Assembly (NCBI GenBank): GCA_045863395.1
Contig: BTVJ01000007.1
Coordinates: forward strand, 64,001-128,000
Direction: 5' to 3'
Source: Myxococcales bacterium
GTDB taxonomy: Bacteria; Myxococcota_A; UBA9042; JABWCM01; BTVJ01
Length of the DNA stretch: 64,000 bases
The notes beneath the pieces were generated by a model. The model saw only the letters and a list, made by a program, of their open reading frames with translations, was not told the origin of the DNA and made no database searches. A program made the position numbers and the translations under genes. Position 1 is the first letter of the stretch. Each line of letters begins with the position of its first letter. Below are positions 1 through 11,380 of the stretch, piece by piece.

Positions 1-2
1 TG

Positions 3-431
3 ACGAGCGGCGGCACCAGCTCCATGAGCCCCATGGACATGCTCCGGGGGGACAGCTTCCTGCCAGCGATGATCGCCGCCGAGCCCTCGTGGGCCCTGCG
101 CACCGCAATGCGCCTCGCGGGTCCCTTCATGTTCCCGGAGCGCCCCTACGAGGAGCTCTACTTTCTCGACGACGCGCTGCGGGTGCGCGACGCCGTCGGG
201 TGCGCGGTGATCTACGTGGGCGGCGCCAGCACGGCGGCGAGCCTGGAGCGGCTCATGGCGGAGGGCATGGACTTCGTGCAGCTCGGCCGGGCTCTGCTCG
301 CCGACCCGGATCTTCCCCGTCGCGTCGCAGACCCCGCCTACGTCAGCCCATGCACACACTGCAACCGGTGCGTCGCCACCATCGAGCGAGGCGTCCACTG
401 CACCGAGCGGCATCGATGGGAGGGCGCATGA
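3..431 (+). CDS. NADH:flavin oxidoreductase (Old Yellow Enzyme family), C-terminal part, truncated by window edge
   Basis: Open frame from position 3; VIYVGG...DFVQLGRALLADPDLP motif followed by CTHCNRC Cys cluster. Confidence 0.85.
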   Translation, partial: TSGGTSSMSPMDMLRGDSFLPAMIAAEPSWALRTAMRLAGPFMFPERPYEELYFLDDALRVRDAVGCAVIYVGGASTAASLERLMAEGMDFVQLGRALLADPDLPRRVADPAYVSPCTHCNRCVATIERGVHCTERHRWEGA

Positions 432-501
432 TCGACGACGTCTCGAGCCACGATTGCCGTCTGGGGGTCCGCGGCGGCGAGCGACCGCTCCGGGGGGCCT
501 C

Positions 502-1443
502 GTGAAGGTGCTGCTGACGGGCGCCTTCGGCAACCTGGGCCTCGCGTGCCTCGACGAGGCCCTGGATCGGGGCTACGCCGTGAGATGCCTCGACGTGGAC
601 TCGCGCCGGACACGCACCATTGGACGCCGCTACTCCGGGCGGGCCGAGATCGTGCTCGGCGACGTGCGGGACGAGGTCCTGCTGCGTCGCGCCGTGCACG
701 GCACCGACGCCATCCTGCACAACGCCTCGCTGCTGCCACCCCGCTCGGAGGATGACCCATCCCTGTCACGTGCCGTGAACGTCGACGCGAGCAAGCTCCT
801 CATCCGGTGCGCAGAGGACCTGCCCAGGCGCCCCGTGGTGGTCTTCCCATCGTCGGTTACCGTGTTCGGGGAGGCAGAGCCGGGAGAGGCTCCTCGAAGC
901 GCATCGGACCCGGTCTACCCAACGGACCATTACACCGCTCACAAGCTGGAGGTCGAGGCAGCCCTGCGGGCAGCCCGAGTGCCGTGGGCTGTGCTGCGGG
1001 TGGGGGTCTCCGTCGACTCGCGCACCCTCGGGACGGACCTGCGCACGCTGCGACGACTTCTTGCCGTGCGCCCCGACAACCCTCTGGAGTGGGTCCACCC
1101 GCGTGACGTGGCGCGGGCAATGTGCGCCGTGGCGTCCACCGAGGGTGCCCATGGCCGGATCCTCGCCGTTGGAGGCGGCTCCACGTGCCAGGTTACGCAC
1201 GGAGACTTCATGGGTGCCGCCTTCGGGGCGCTGGGCCTCGCCGTTCCCCTCCGCGGCACGGCCCCCTACTACACGCACTGGATGGACACGGCGGAGGGCC
1301 AACGTCTCCTCGACTACCAGCGGCACACCTTCGACGACTACCGGCGGGAGATGGCGACCCGCCTCGCCTTGACCAGGCGCCTGCTCTGGCCCCTCCGGTG
1401 GCTGGTCGGACGTGCGCTGGGGGCGCTGGCGCATCGGGGCTGA
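502..1443 (+). CDS. NAD-dependent epimerase/dehydratase (extended SDR)
   Basis: GTG at 502 gives VKVLLTGAFGNLG Rossmann motif; YTAHK (YxxxK) catalytic motif. Confidence 0.85.
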   Translation: MKVLLTGAFGNLGLACLDEALDRGYAVRCLDVDSRRTRTIGRRYSGRAEIVLGDVRDEVLLRRAVHGTDAILHNASLLPPRSEDDPSLSRAVNVDASKLLIRCAEDLPRRPVVVFPSSVTVFGEAEPGEAPRSASDPVYPTDHYTAHKLEVEAALRAARVPWAVLRVGVSVDSRTLGTDLRTLRRLLAVRPDNPLEWVHPRDVARAMCAVASTEGAHGRILAVGGGSTCQVTHGDFMGAAFGALGLAVPLRGTAPYYTHWMDTAEGQRLLDYQRHTFDDYRREMATRLALTRRLLWPLRWLVGRALGALAHRG

Positions 1444-1508
1444 CGGTCACGTCGGCGAGCACCGCTCGGGTCCGTTGCCGAGTGGACGCCCGCGCCGAGG
1501 ACGTTGTG

Positions 1509-2120
1509 TCACCCCTGCTGACGTCCACCCTGGCCGTGCAGGGCTACGGTGTCCCAGCACGCCCGCTCGGCCAGCTCGCGGTCGTCCTCCGTGAGGGCGA
1601 CGCGCCCCTCCCAGTGTGCGCGCATCATGCCGATGAAGGCCCCGAACACGAGCTCCATCAGGAGGGCGGGTGGGCCGGGCTTGATCTGCCCCTCCGCCTG
1701 GGCTCGCTCGACCATGGCCGCGCCAAAGGACTTGAGCGTGTTCTCCAGGCCGAGGCTCGTGGCGTCCAGGTAGGAGGCGTGGTGGTGGAGCTCCAGGAAC
1801 GCGAAGGCCTTGGGGTGGGCCAGGGCGAAGGCCACCATCTCGCGCCACATAGCGCGGAACTGCTCGCGGGGAGACGCGCCGGCGGGGAAGCCCGCGAAGA
1901 CGCGTTGGGCGATGACACCCTTCCACTTGCGGTAGACCGCGTTGACCATCACCTCCTTGCTCGGGAAGTAGTGGTACAGGGTGCCGGCCGCGACGCCTGC
2001 GCGCTTCGCGACCGTCGGGACCGCCGTGCCGTGGTACCCGTGGGTCACGAAGCAGTCCAGGGCGGCGTCGAGGATCTCGTCGCGGCGGTCGGGCGGTGTC
2101 GTGGCGGGCATCGGGCTCAT
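1509..2120 (-). CDS. TetR/AcrR family transcriptional regulator
   Basis: ILDAALDCF...GYHGTAVPTVAKRAGVAAGTLYHYFPSKE HTH; ATG overlaps the upstream stop (ATGA, 2117-2120). Confidence 0.92.
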   Translation of the reverse strand: MSPMPATTPPDRRDEILDAALDCFVTHGYHGTAVPTVAKRAGVAAGTLYHYFPSKEVMVNAVYRKWKGVIAQRVFAGFPAGASPREQFRAMWREMVAFALAHPKAFAFLELHHHASYLDATSLGLENTLKSFGAAMVERAQAEGQIKPGPPALLMELVFGAFIGMMRAHWEGRVALTEDDRELAERACWDTVALHGQGGRQQG

Positions 2121-3349
2121 CGGGAGGCAACGCTGGCGGCTTCTCTCAGGGATGTCAAGCGGCGGCGCCCGGCGAGCAGGGCAACCATGATGAGGGCGAG
2201 GGCGCCGCTCGGGGCGCGCCCGCCAGCGCCGCACCCCGCCGCGCCTGCGGACCCGCTCGGGATCGTGACGGACGACGTGGCGGGGAGCGTCGAAGGCGCG
2301 ACCGCCTGCACAGGCTCCGGAGATTCAACAGGCGCCGTCGTGCCCACCTTGTCGGTTGCGGCGCCCCCTGGGTCTGTGGCTCCGGGGACTGTGGACTCTT
2401 CGCCGACGGCGGCCTGCTCCTCGGGCGCTCCAATGCCCGGAGTGCCCTGGCCACCCGACGGGCCGTCTTCACCTCCCGTCTCCCCTTGCGTGCCCTCCGC
2501 GCCCGACGCCGGATCCCCCCCGTTCCACTCTGCCGCGTCGCCTGGCACGGGAGAGGTGAGGGCCGCGTGCATGATGAGATAGATGGCCGGGTCGTAGAAG
2601 GTCTGGAAGTGGCCCACGAACTCGTCGCAGAGGCCGATGTTGGTGGCTCCGGGCACGACGGAGGTCTGCCAAGGGCGGATGTACTCGTCGCCGCAGGTGT
2701 AGATGGACGTCACGGCCACGCCCTCGGGTAGCGGAACGCCGTTGACGGCCTCCAGGAATGCGCTCCCAGGAGACAGATCGTACAAGGCGGGCCACCCGGC
2801 GATGGCCGCCGCCATGGGGGCCTTGTCGATGCCGTTATGGGGGGACACGAAGGTCACCAGCCGCGAGACGTACTGGTCGCCGCCCAGCGACTGGATGTAG
2901 TGTCGCGCGATGACGCCGCCGGTGCACTCGGCGAGGATGTCGATCTTGTCCTGGCCGCTCTGTTCGCGAACCTGCTCCACCACGTCCGCCAGGTCTGCGG
3001 AGTTCTGGAAGAGGCTGCCGCTCAGGAGCGCCGGAGGTACATACACATAGGGGACGAAGCCGTCGCGCTCCAGGCGCGCCACGATGGGACCGAACCACTC
3101 CTCGCTGATGGTGACGCCAGTGATCAGCAGGACGGCGCGGGGTTCCACGAGAGGCGTGGGCCCCTCCTCGAGGTCTCCGACCACCAGCTCGCTGGCGTAC
3201 TTGTTGAGGAACAGCTCGCTCCAGAAGTAAGGCGACGTCTTGTCGCCGGAGGGCAGATCGTCGCAGCCCGTGATCGTCGCGAGCGTCAGGACGGTTGCTG
3301 CGGCGATCACGAGTGAGAGACGGGGTGTCATGGCTGTGTGGGCTCTCAT
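2117..3349 (-). CDS. Lipase-like alpha/beta hydrolase lipoprotein with Cys nucleophile and MYXO-CTERM-like tail
   Basis: Lipobox ITGC; KIDILAECTGG elbow, SIYTCGDE, VGHF; C-terminal GC...hydrophobic helix...RRR. Confidence 0.8.
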   Translation of the reverse strand: MRAHTAMTPRLSLVIAAATVLTLATITGCDDLPSGDKTSPYFWSELFLNKYASELVVGDLEEGPTPLVEPRAVLLITGVTISEEWFGPIVARLERDGFVPYVYVPPALLSGSLFQNSADLADVVEQVREQSGQDKIDILAECTGGVIARHYIQSLGGDQYVSRLVTFVSPHNGIDKAPMAAAIAGWPALYDLSPGSAFLEAVNGVPLPEGVAVTSIYTCGDEYIRPWQTSVVPGATNIGLCDEFVGHFQTFYDPAIYLIMHAALTSPVPGDAAEWNGGDPASGAEGTQGETGGEDGPSGGQGTPGIGAPEEQAAVGEESTVPGATDPGGAATDKVGTTAPVESPEPVQAVAPSTLPATSSVTIPSGSAGAAGCGAGGRAPSGALALIMVALLAGRRRLTSLREAASVASR

Positions 3350-3373
3350 GGCGGGGCTCCCTTGGTGTTTCGT

Positions 3374-3397
3374 GAGTCAATCGAACGTTCATTCGAA
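3374..3397. promoter_or_regulatory. Putative operator copy 1 (GAGTCAATCGAACGTTCATTCGAA)
   Basis: Imperfect palindrome TCGAACG-TT-CATTCGA upstream of the lipase-TetR operon; near-identical copy at 3486. Confidence 0.6.
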
Positions 3398-3485
3398 CAT
3401 GGTCTCACGCTAACACCAGCCCCCAAGATGTGTCAAGCACCTCCCCAGCTACTTTTTCGAGAATGAAGTGTGTTCGGCTGGATAC

Positions 3486-3509
3486 GAGTCAATCGAACGT
3501 TCGTTCGAA
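3486..3509. promoter_or_regulatory. Putative operator copy 2 (GAGTCAATCGAACGTTCGTTCGAA)
   Basis: Perfect inverted repeat TCGAACG-TT-CGTTCGA; 23/24 identical to copy 1. Confidence 0.6.
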
Positions 3510-3513
3510 TCAT

Positions 3514-6500
3514 CTACGGGTAGGGAACGGGTGCCCCCGGGACGGCCACGTTGACCTCGAAGACGCCCTTGTTCCATCCGTCGGGGAGGTAGAGCTTCTT
3601 TGCGTCCCAGCCGCCGATGCCCGAGCCGAACTGCATGTTCGGCAGGTAGGCGCCGCTGCCACCCTGGAACACCACCTGGTAGCTCTTGCCGTCGGGGGGG
3701 AGGCGGTAGACCTTGGTCACGTTGTAGTCGGCGATGTAGACGTTGCCGCAGATGTCGACTGCCATGCCGTCGAGCCACCCTGTTCCCACCTTGGTCGCCC
3801 AAGCGAAGGGGGCGCTGAAGTTGCCGCTCGCGTCGATGTCGAACGCGTAGATCGTGCCCACGCCGCTGAAGCCGGCCACGTACATGCGGGAGTAGTCCGG
3901 GTTGAAGGTGACGCCGTTGGGGTTGGAGATGAGCCCGTCGCTCAGCACCTTTACGACCTTGGTGTACGGCTCCACCTGCAGGACCCGCTTGGCGTCATGC
4001 TCCGTAACGTAGGCGAGGCCGTTCATGTCCACCGCGAGGCCGTTCGGGTACTTGAGGTTGTTGAGCACCACGTGGATGGTCGCGTCGGGCGTGATGCGGA
4101 CGAGCTGGCCCTTGTAGTTGTCGTTGACCACCAGGTCGCCCGTCGGCAGGTAGCGGAGCCCGGCCCGGAAGTTGAGGCTCGGCACCCACACCACCGGCGA
4201 CTGCTTGTACTTGCTCTTGAAGATCGCCTTGTCGTTCGAGCCGATGACGTTGCCCACGTCGTCGAAGGCCAGGTCCTCCGATGCCATGGGGCCCGTGAGC
4301 TTGGTCAGCGCGAACGGACCCTGCGGGATCGTCGCGCAGTTCACGCCGCAGTCTCCGCAGGAGCCGCCGCAGCCGTCGCTGCCGCAGACCATGCCCTTGC
4401 AGTCGGGGACGCAGGTGACGCACTTGCCCGCCGGGTCGCAGGTCAGTCCGGCTCCGCAGGTGCCGCAGGAGCCGCCGCAGCCGTTGTCGCCGCAGGTCTT
4501 GCCCGCGCAGCTCGGGACGCATGGAACGCACTTTCCAACCTCGCACGTGTCGCCCGTCGCGCACGACCCGCAAGAGCCCCCACATCCATCGTCACCACAT
4601 GCCTTGCCCGTGCAGGACGGCTGACAGCACTTGTCCGGGTTCACGTTGGGGCAGCTCGCGCACATGCCCTCGCAGCAGTCGCCGTAGCTGAAGCATACGG
4701 CGTCGCAGAAGCACGAGCCCGCGTTGCCGCCGCACTTGCCGTCGCAAGGCCCGCCGTAGCAGGCTCCAGCCTCGGTGCAGGTCTTGCCGCCCGTGCAGGT
4801 GCCACAGGACCCGCCGCAGCCGTCCGGGCCGCAGGCCTTGCCCGTGCAGCTCGGCACGCACGCGCACTGGCCCGACGCATCACAGATGGTGCCCGCGCCG
4901 CACGTCCCACAGGAGCCACCGCAGCCGTTGGGGCCGCAGGTCTTCCCTGCGCAGTCAGGGACGCAGGCGCAGTGGCCGCTTACGCAGGTCTTGCCCGCGC
5001 CGCAGGTGCCGCAGGAGCCACCGCAGCCGTTGTCGCCGCACTCCTTGCCCGCGCAGCTCGGCTGGCAGACACAGAGGCCCGCCGAGCAGGTCGTGCCGGT
5101 CCCGCAGCTACCGCACGAGCCTCCGCAGCCGTCATCGCCGCAGACCTTGCCCTCGCAGCTCGGCACGCAGACGCACTGTCCCCCGGCGCAGGTCTTGCCC
5201 GCGCCACAGGACCCGCAGGAGCCACCGCAGCCGTCGTCGCCGCACGCCTTCCCCGCGCAGCTCGGCTGGCAGAGGCAGAGGCCGTTCGCGCAGGTCTTTC
5301 CGTCGGTGCAGGTGCCGCAGGAGCCACCGCAGCCGTCGCCGCCGCACTGCTTCCCGGCGCAGGAGGGTTGGCAGACGCACTGGCCCGCCGCGCAGGTCTT
5401 TCCGTCGGTGCAGGTGCCGCAGGAGCCCCCGCAGCCGTCGCCGCCACACTGCTTACCGGTGCATGTCGGCTGGCAGCACTGCGCCGCGAGCTCCGTGGCG
5501 CAGGTCGCGCACACGTCCGGGCAGCAATCGCCGCGCTCTGGCAGGAAGCACTCGGCGTCGCAGGCGCACAGCGCTCCGTCTGGGCCCACGACCGTCGTGT
5601 CTTTGCCGCAGGACCCTGCGCAAGAGGTCGGGTGGCACGCGCCGGCTGCGCACACGGTGCCGTCCGCGCAGGAGCCGCACACCCCGCCGCACCCGTCGTC
5701 ACCGCAGACCTTGCCGGCGCACTGCGGTACGCACACGCACGCGTTGTCGGCGCAGGCCCACCCGTCGGCGCACCCGCCGCACTCGTGGGTGACGCCGCAG
5801 TGGTCGGTCACGGCGCCGCACGTCGCTCCCAGCGTCTCGCAGGAGAGCGGCGTGCAGGTGCACTGGTTGGCCTCGCAGACGTGGCCGGCCTGGCACGAGC
5901 CGCAGCTCAGGGTGCCGCCGCAGCCATCGGGAGCGGTCCCACAGCTCGCGCCGAGCGCCTCGCAGTCCGCCGGTACGCACGCAGGCTCGCAGGTGCGCGC
6001 CTTGGTGCACACCTCGTTGCCCGGGCACGGTCCGCAGACGAGGGTGCCGCCGCAGCCGTCGGGCCCCGAGTCGCACTCGGCGCCCAGCAGCTCGCAGGTC
6101 GTGGGCACGCAGACCACCTCGCAGGTCCGGGCCGGGGAGCACACCGCTCCCGACGCGCAGGCGCCACAGTCCAGAGTGCCTCCGCAGCCATCGGGGACGA
6201 GATCGCACTCGGCTCCGAGGGCGTCGCAGGTCGTGACCACGCACTCCGGTTCGCAGGTGCCGGCCCCGCAGTACTCCCCGCTCGGGCAACCGCCGCAGTC
6301 GAGCGTGCCGCCGCAGCCGTCGGGGGCCGGGCCGCAGGACGCTCCCGCGGCGAGGCAGTCCGCGGGGAAGCAGGGGGCCTCGCAGGTGAAGTGGGACGAG
6401 CACAGATCGCCCTCGTCGCAAGCTCCGCAGTCCAGCACGGCGCCGCAGCCGTCGGGCGGAGCGCCACAGGACGCGAGCAGCTCGGCGCAGGTCCGCGGCT

Positions 6501-7389
6501 CGCACTCGTCGGGGATGCACGTGTAGTCGGGCCCGCAGTGGAACCCGGGGTCGCACGCGCCGCAGGTCATCTTGCCGCCGCAGCCGTCGTCCATGGTGCC
6601 GCAGGTGAAGCCGAACTCCTCGCAGGTGAACTTGACGCAGGCGCCCCCGCAGACGTTGGCGGTCCCGTCGCCCCCGCAGGTGAGGCCCTCCGGGCAGTCC
6701 CCGCAGTCGAGCGCACCGCCGCAGCCGTCCGGGATGGCGCTGCAGTCCTTGCCCTCGGCCTCGCAGGTCGTGGGCACGCACGGGACCGGAACGTCACAGA
6801 CATTGGCAGTCGTGGCGCCGCATTCCTCGCCCCCGGCGCAGGCCCCGCAGTACACGGCGCCGCCGCACCCGTCCACGATGGCGCCGCAGTTCCGGTCGCC
6901 GCAGGTGTCCGGTGAGCACCCCTGGTCGGAGCAGGCCCCCGGCGTCGCTGCGCCGCAGGACTGGCCCGCCGGACAGTCGCCGCACCCGAGGAGCCCCCCG
7001 CAGCCGTCGTCCGCCGGCCCGCAGGAGTAGCCGATGCTCGCACAGGTCAGGGGGGTGCAGCAGGCGCCGCCCGGGGCGCACACCTCACCGTTCGCGCATG
7101 CGCCGCAGGCCAGCGTGTTACCGCAGCCGTCGGGCGCCTCCCCGCACGACAGCCCGAGGGCTGTGCACGTGGTCGGGACGCAGGGAGCCGCGGTGTCTGC
7201 CGCCGTGGTGTCTGCCGCCGTGGTATCCGAGCCGCTGCCGTCGGCAGTGTCGGGCGCCGCCACGTCTCCCGTGGGCTCTCCGATCCCGCCGCCCAGGGCG
7301 ACGTCGTCGGTGGACGTGCCCGTGGAACCTTCGTCGACCTGGCATGCGACGACCAGCGTCAGGAGGAGGGCGAGCGCGCGAAGCTGCAT
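3514..7389 (-). CDS. Large Cys-rich repeat lipoprotein with C-terminal SMP-30/gluconolactonase-like beta-propeller
   Basis: Lipobox LVVAC; many CxPxC..CG..DGCGG.CG.C repeats; C-terminal PNGLA/PNGVTF/DGMAVD propeller motifs. Confidence 0.85.
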   Translation of the reverse strand: MQLRALALLLTLVVACQVDEGSTGTSTDDVALGGGIGEPTGDVAAPDTADGSGSDTTAADTTAADTAAPCVPTTCTALGLSCGEAPDGCGNTLACGACANGEVCAPGGACCTPLTCASIGYSCGPADDGCGGLLGCGDCPAGQSCGAATPGACSDQGCSPDTCGDRNCGAIVDGCGGAVYCGACAGGEECGATTANVCDVPVPCVPTTCEAEGKDCSAIPDGCGGALDCGDCPEGLTCGGDGTANVCGGACVKFTCEEFGFTCGTMDDGCGGKMTCGACDPGFHCGPDYTCIPDECEPRTCAELLASCGAPPDGCGAVLDCGACDEGDLCSSHFTCEAPCFPADCLAAGASCGPAPDGCGGTLDCGGCPSGEYCGAGTCEPECVVTTCDALGAECDLVPDGCGGTLDCGACASGAVCSPARTCEVVCVPTTCELLGAECDSGPDGCGGTLVCGPCPGNEVCTKARTCEPACVPADCEALGASCGTAPDGCGGTLSCGSCQAGHVCEANQCTCTPLSCETLGATCGAVTDHCGVTHECGGCADGWACADNACVCVPQCAGKVCGDDGCGGVCGSCADGTVCAAGACHPTSCAGSCGKDTTVVGPDGALCACDAECFLPERGDCCPDVCATCATELAAQCCQPTCTGKQCGGDGCGGSCGTCTDGKTCAAGQCVCQPSCAGKQCGGDGCGGSCGTCTDGKTCANGLCLCQPSCAGKACGDDGCGGSCGSCGAGKTCAGGQCVCVPSCEGKVCGDDGCGGSCGSCGTGTTCSAGLCVCQPSCAGKECGDNGCGGSCGTCGAGKTCVSGHCACVPDCAGKTCGPNGCGGSCGTCGAGTICDASGQCACVPSCTGKACGPDGCGGSCGTCTGGKTCTEAGACYGGPCDGKCGGNAGSCFCDAVCFSYGDCCEGMCASCPNVNPDKCCQPSCTGKACGDDGCGGSCGSCATGDTCEVGKCVPCVPSCAGKTCGDNGCGGSCGTCGAGLTCDPAGKCVTCVPDCKGMVCGSDGCGGSCGDCGVNCATIPQGPFALTKLTGPMASEDLAFDDVGNVIGSNDKAIFKSKYKQSPVVWVPSLNFRAGLRYLPTGDLVVNDNYKGQLVRITPDATIHVVLNNLKYPNGLAVDMNGLAYVTEHDAKRVLQVEPYTKVVKVLSDGLISNPNGVTFNPDYSRMYVAGFSGVGTIYAFDIDASGNFSAPFAWATKVGTGWLDGMAVDICGNVYIADYNVTKVYRLPPDGKSYQVVFQGGSGAYLPNMQFGSGIGGWDAKKLYLPDGWNKGVFEVNVAVPGAPVPYP
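4340..5470 (-). repeat. Intragenic ~102-bp (34-aa) tandem repeats (CxPSCAGKxCGxDGCGGSCGTC)
   Basis: Near-identical units, e.g. starting at 5290 and 5392 (period 102). Confidence 0.8.
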
Positions 7390-7582
7390 GGTGCGTTCCT
7401 TGTGGGCCGGGGGCGCTCGGAGGAGCACCCGGGGGTAGAGGGCATGCCGCGAGGCCCTCTCGACTCGGCGACCATGCTAGCCGGCCCCACACCGTGATGC
7501 CACTGGGACGTCACCTGGAGGTTACCCTGTGAGTTCTTGCCGTCGTCGCGCCGTTGCTACACAATCGCCGAGCCCGAGCCGT

Positions 7583-7650
7583 GGGGTCAGGACTACTCAT
7601 ATCCCACGATCAGGCGCGCCGGGATATGAGATATGAGTATACTTGACCCC
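7583..7650. other. AT-rich imperfect inverted repeat in OPT gene leader
   Basis: GGGGTCAG..TACTCATATCCC-N15-GGGATATGAGATATGAGTA..CTTGACCCC. Confidence 0.55.
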
Positions 7651-7681
7651 CCGGGGCTCCCACCTCTCCGAAGGAGAATCC

Positions 7682-9706
7682 ATGGCGTTGTTCCAGAGGC
7701 CCCCCGCCACCATGGCCGATGTGGAGCGGTGCAAGCCGCTCGACATTCCTCCCGACAAGGTCCTCGACATGACCGAGGAGGAGTGGTACGCCCGCGTCTA
7801 CCGGGGCGATGACGTCCCGCAGCTCACCGTCCGCGCCGTGATCGTCGGGTCGGTGCTCGGCTTCCTGCTCGCCTTCACCAACCTCTACATCGGCCTCAAG
7901 ACCGGCTGGGCCCTCGGCGTGGCCATCACGGCCTGCATCCTCAGCTACGCCATCTGGAACGTGTTCCTCAAGGCGGGGCTCGCCAAGACGCCGATGACCA
8001 TCCTCGAGACCAACTGCATGCAGTCGTCCGCGTCGGCGGCAGGCTACGCGACGGGCGGCACGTTCGTCTCCGCCATCTCCGCGCTGCTCATGCTGTCCGC
8101 CACGGCGGAGAACCCGAAGGGCGAGCACCTCCCGTGGCTGGTGCTGGTGCTGTGGACCCTGTTCCTCGGGGTGCTCGGCACCGTGATGGCCATCCCCATG
8201 AAGCGCAACATGATCAACAAGGAGCGCCTCAAGTTCCCGTCGGGGACGGCAGCCGCGGTGACGCTCCAGTCCCTGTTCAGCGAGGGTGGGGCCGCGCTGA
8301 AGAAGGCCAAGGCCCTGCTGTGGGCCACCGTGGCCGGAGCCATCTTCCCGTTGGTCATCGATCTGAACATCCTGGTCAAGTCCGTGGTGGACGAGGCCAC
8401 CGGGGCGGTCGAGCGGGTGCGAGAGGCGCTTCTCCCGGCCGAGTCGCACCTGTTCGACTTCCTGCACCTGACGGTCCCAGGCACCCACGTGGTGGATGGG
8501 AAGGTCGTCCCGAACCAGCCCTCCAACTGGACCATGGTCATGGACCACAACCCGGTCATGATCGCCGCGGGCGCCATCGTGGGGCTGCGCACCACCATCT
8601 ATATGATGCTCGGCAGCCTCGCCCTGATCTACGTGGCGGGCCCCCTCGCCTACGACAACGTCTGGGTCAGCGAGGTCACCGGCAAGTCGCTGCGCGCGGC
8701 CACGGAGCCCTGGAAGGCCTGGAAGGAGATCGGCATCTGGCTCGGCGTGCCCATCATGGTGTCGTATGGGCTCCTGTCCTTCGCGCTTCAGTGGAAGACG
8801 ATCCTCCGGGCCATGCGCGGCATCGGTGGTGGTGGCGCTGGCGCGACGGACGCGGAGCTCGTCGCGCGCACGGAGGCGCCCCTGTCGTGGTTCGTCACCG
8901 GGACGGTGCTCGCCGGGGCCGCGGTCGTGTGGGTGGCGCACACCTACTTCGAGATCCCCTGGTTCTACGGGGCCCTCGCCGTCGTCATGACCTTCTTCCT
9001 GTCGCTGGTGGCGTGCCGCGCCACGGGCGAGTCGGACATCACGCCCATCGGCGCCATGGGCAAGATCATGCAGCTCACCTACGGCGTGCTGATCCCCCAG
9101 TCCACCACCGCCAACCTGATGACCGCGGGCATCACGTCCAGCGCCGCCGGCTCTGCCGCGGATCTCCTCAACGACCTGAAGTCCGGCTACCTCCTCGGCG
9201 CCAACCCGCGCCGCCAGTTCATGGCGCAGCTCCTGGGCGTCCTGGCGGGCACGGCCGCCACCGTGACCGGCTTCATGCTGCTGGTGCCCGACGCCACCGC
9301 CCTCAACGGCGCCGAGGGCGTCGCCCCCAAGTTCCCCGCGCCCGCCGCCCAGGCGTGGAAGGCCGTCGCCGAGGTCTTCAAGATGGGCCTCGCCAACATG
9401 CACCCCATGCACCGGCAGGCCATCTGGCTGGGGCTGACCCTCGGGGCGGCGATGCTCGTCCTGGAGCTGGCGCTGCCCCGGTTCAAGAAGTGGCTGCCGT
9501 CGGCGACCGGAGTCGGCCTCGGGCTGATCCTCCCCTTCCAGTACCCCTTCTCCATGCTCCTGGGCGCCGTGGCCGCCTACATCTGGACTCGCCGCAACAA
9601 GCAGTCCGCCGAGGACTACATGATCCCCGTGGCCGCCGGCATCATCGCGGGCGTCTCCATCATGGGCGTCATCGTTGCGATGCTGAACAACCTCGTGCTG
9701 CTCTAG
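7682..9706 (+). CDS. OPT family oligopeptide transporter
   Basis: NLYIGLKTGW, ETNCMQS, LKFPSGTA, DLKSGYLLGANPR, FPAPAA motifs; many TM helices; AAGGAG RBS. Confidence 0.93.
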   Translation: MALFQRPPATMADVERCKPLDIPPDKVLDMTEEEWYARVYRGDDVPQLTVRAVIVGSVLGFLLAFTNLYIGLKTGWALGVAITACILSYAIWNVFLKAGLAKTPMTILETNCMQSSASAAGYATGGTFVSAISALLMLSATAENPKGEHLPWLVLVLWTLFLGVLGTVMAIPMKRNMINKERLKFPSGTAAAVTLQSLFSEGGAALKKAKALLWATVAGAIFPLVIDLNILVKSVVDEATGAVERVREALLPAESHLFDFLHLTVPGTHVVDGKVVPNQPSNWTMVMDHNPVMIAAGAIVGLRTTIYMMLGSLALIYVAGPLAYDNVWVSEVTGKSLRAATEPWKAWKEIGIWLGVPIMVSYGLLSFALQWKTILRAMRGIGGGGAGATDAELVARTEAPLSWFVTGTVLAGAAVVWVAHTYFEIPWFYGALAVVMTFFLSLVACRATGESDITPIGAMGKIMQLTYGVLIPQSTTANLMTAGITSSAAGSAADLLNDLKSGYLLGANPRRQFMAQLLGVLAGTAATVTGFMLLVPDATALNGAEGVAPKFPAPAAQAWKAVAEVFKMGLANMHPMHRQAIWLGLTLGAAMLVLELALPRFKKWLPSATGVGLGLILPFQYPFSMLLGAVAAYIWTRRNKQSAEDYMIPVAAGIIAGVSIMGVIVAMLNNLVLL

Positions 9707-9714
9707 CCCACCGC

Positions 9715-11355
<1,641 letters not shown>

Positions 11356-11380
11356 GGGAGCCCTCCTGGTCTGGGGGCAG

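Noticed and set aside
4340..7130. CRISPR-like periodic repeats (also 50200-53700)
   Set aside because: Repeats are in-frame, degenerate at third codon positions and lie inside CDSs; no cas genes
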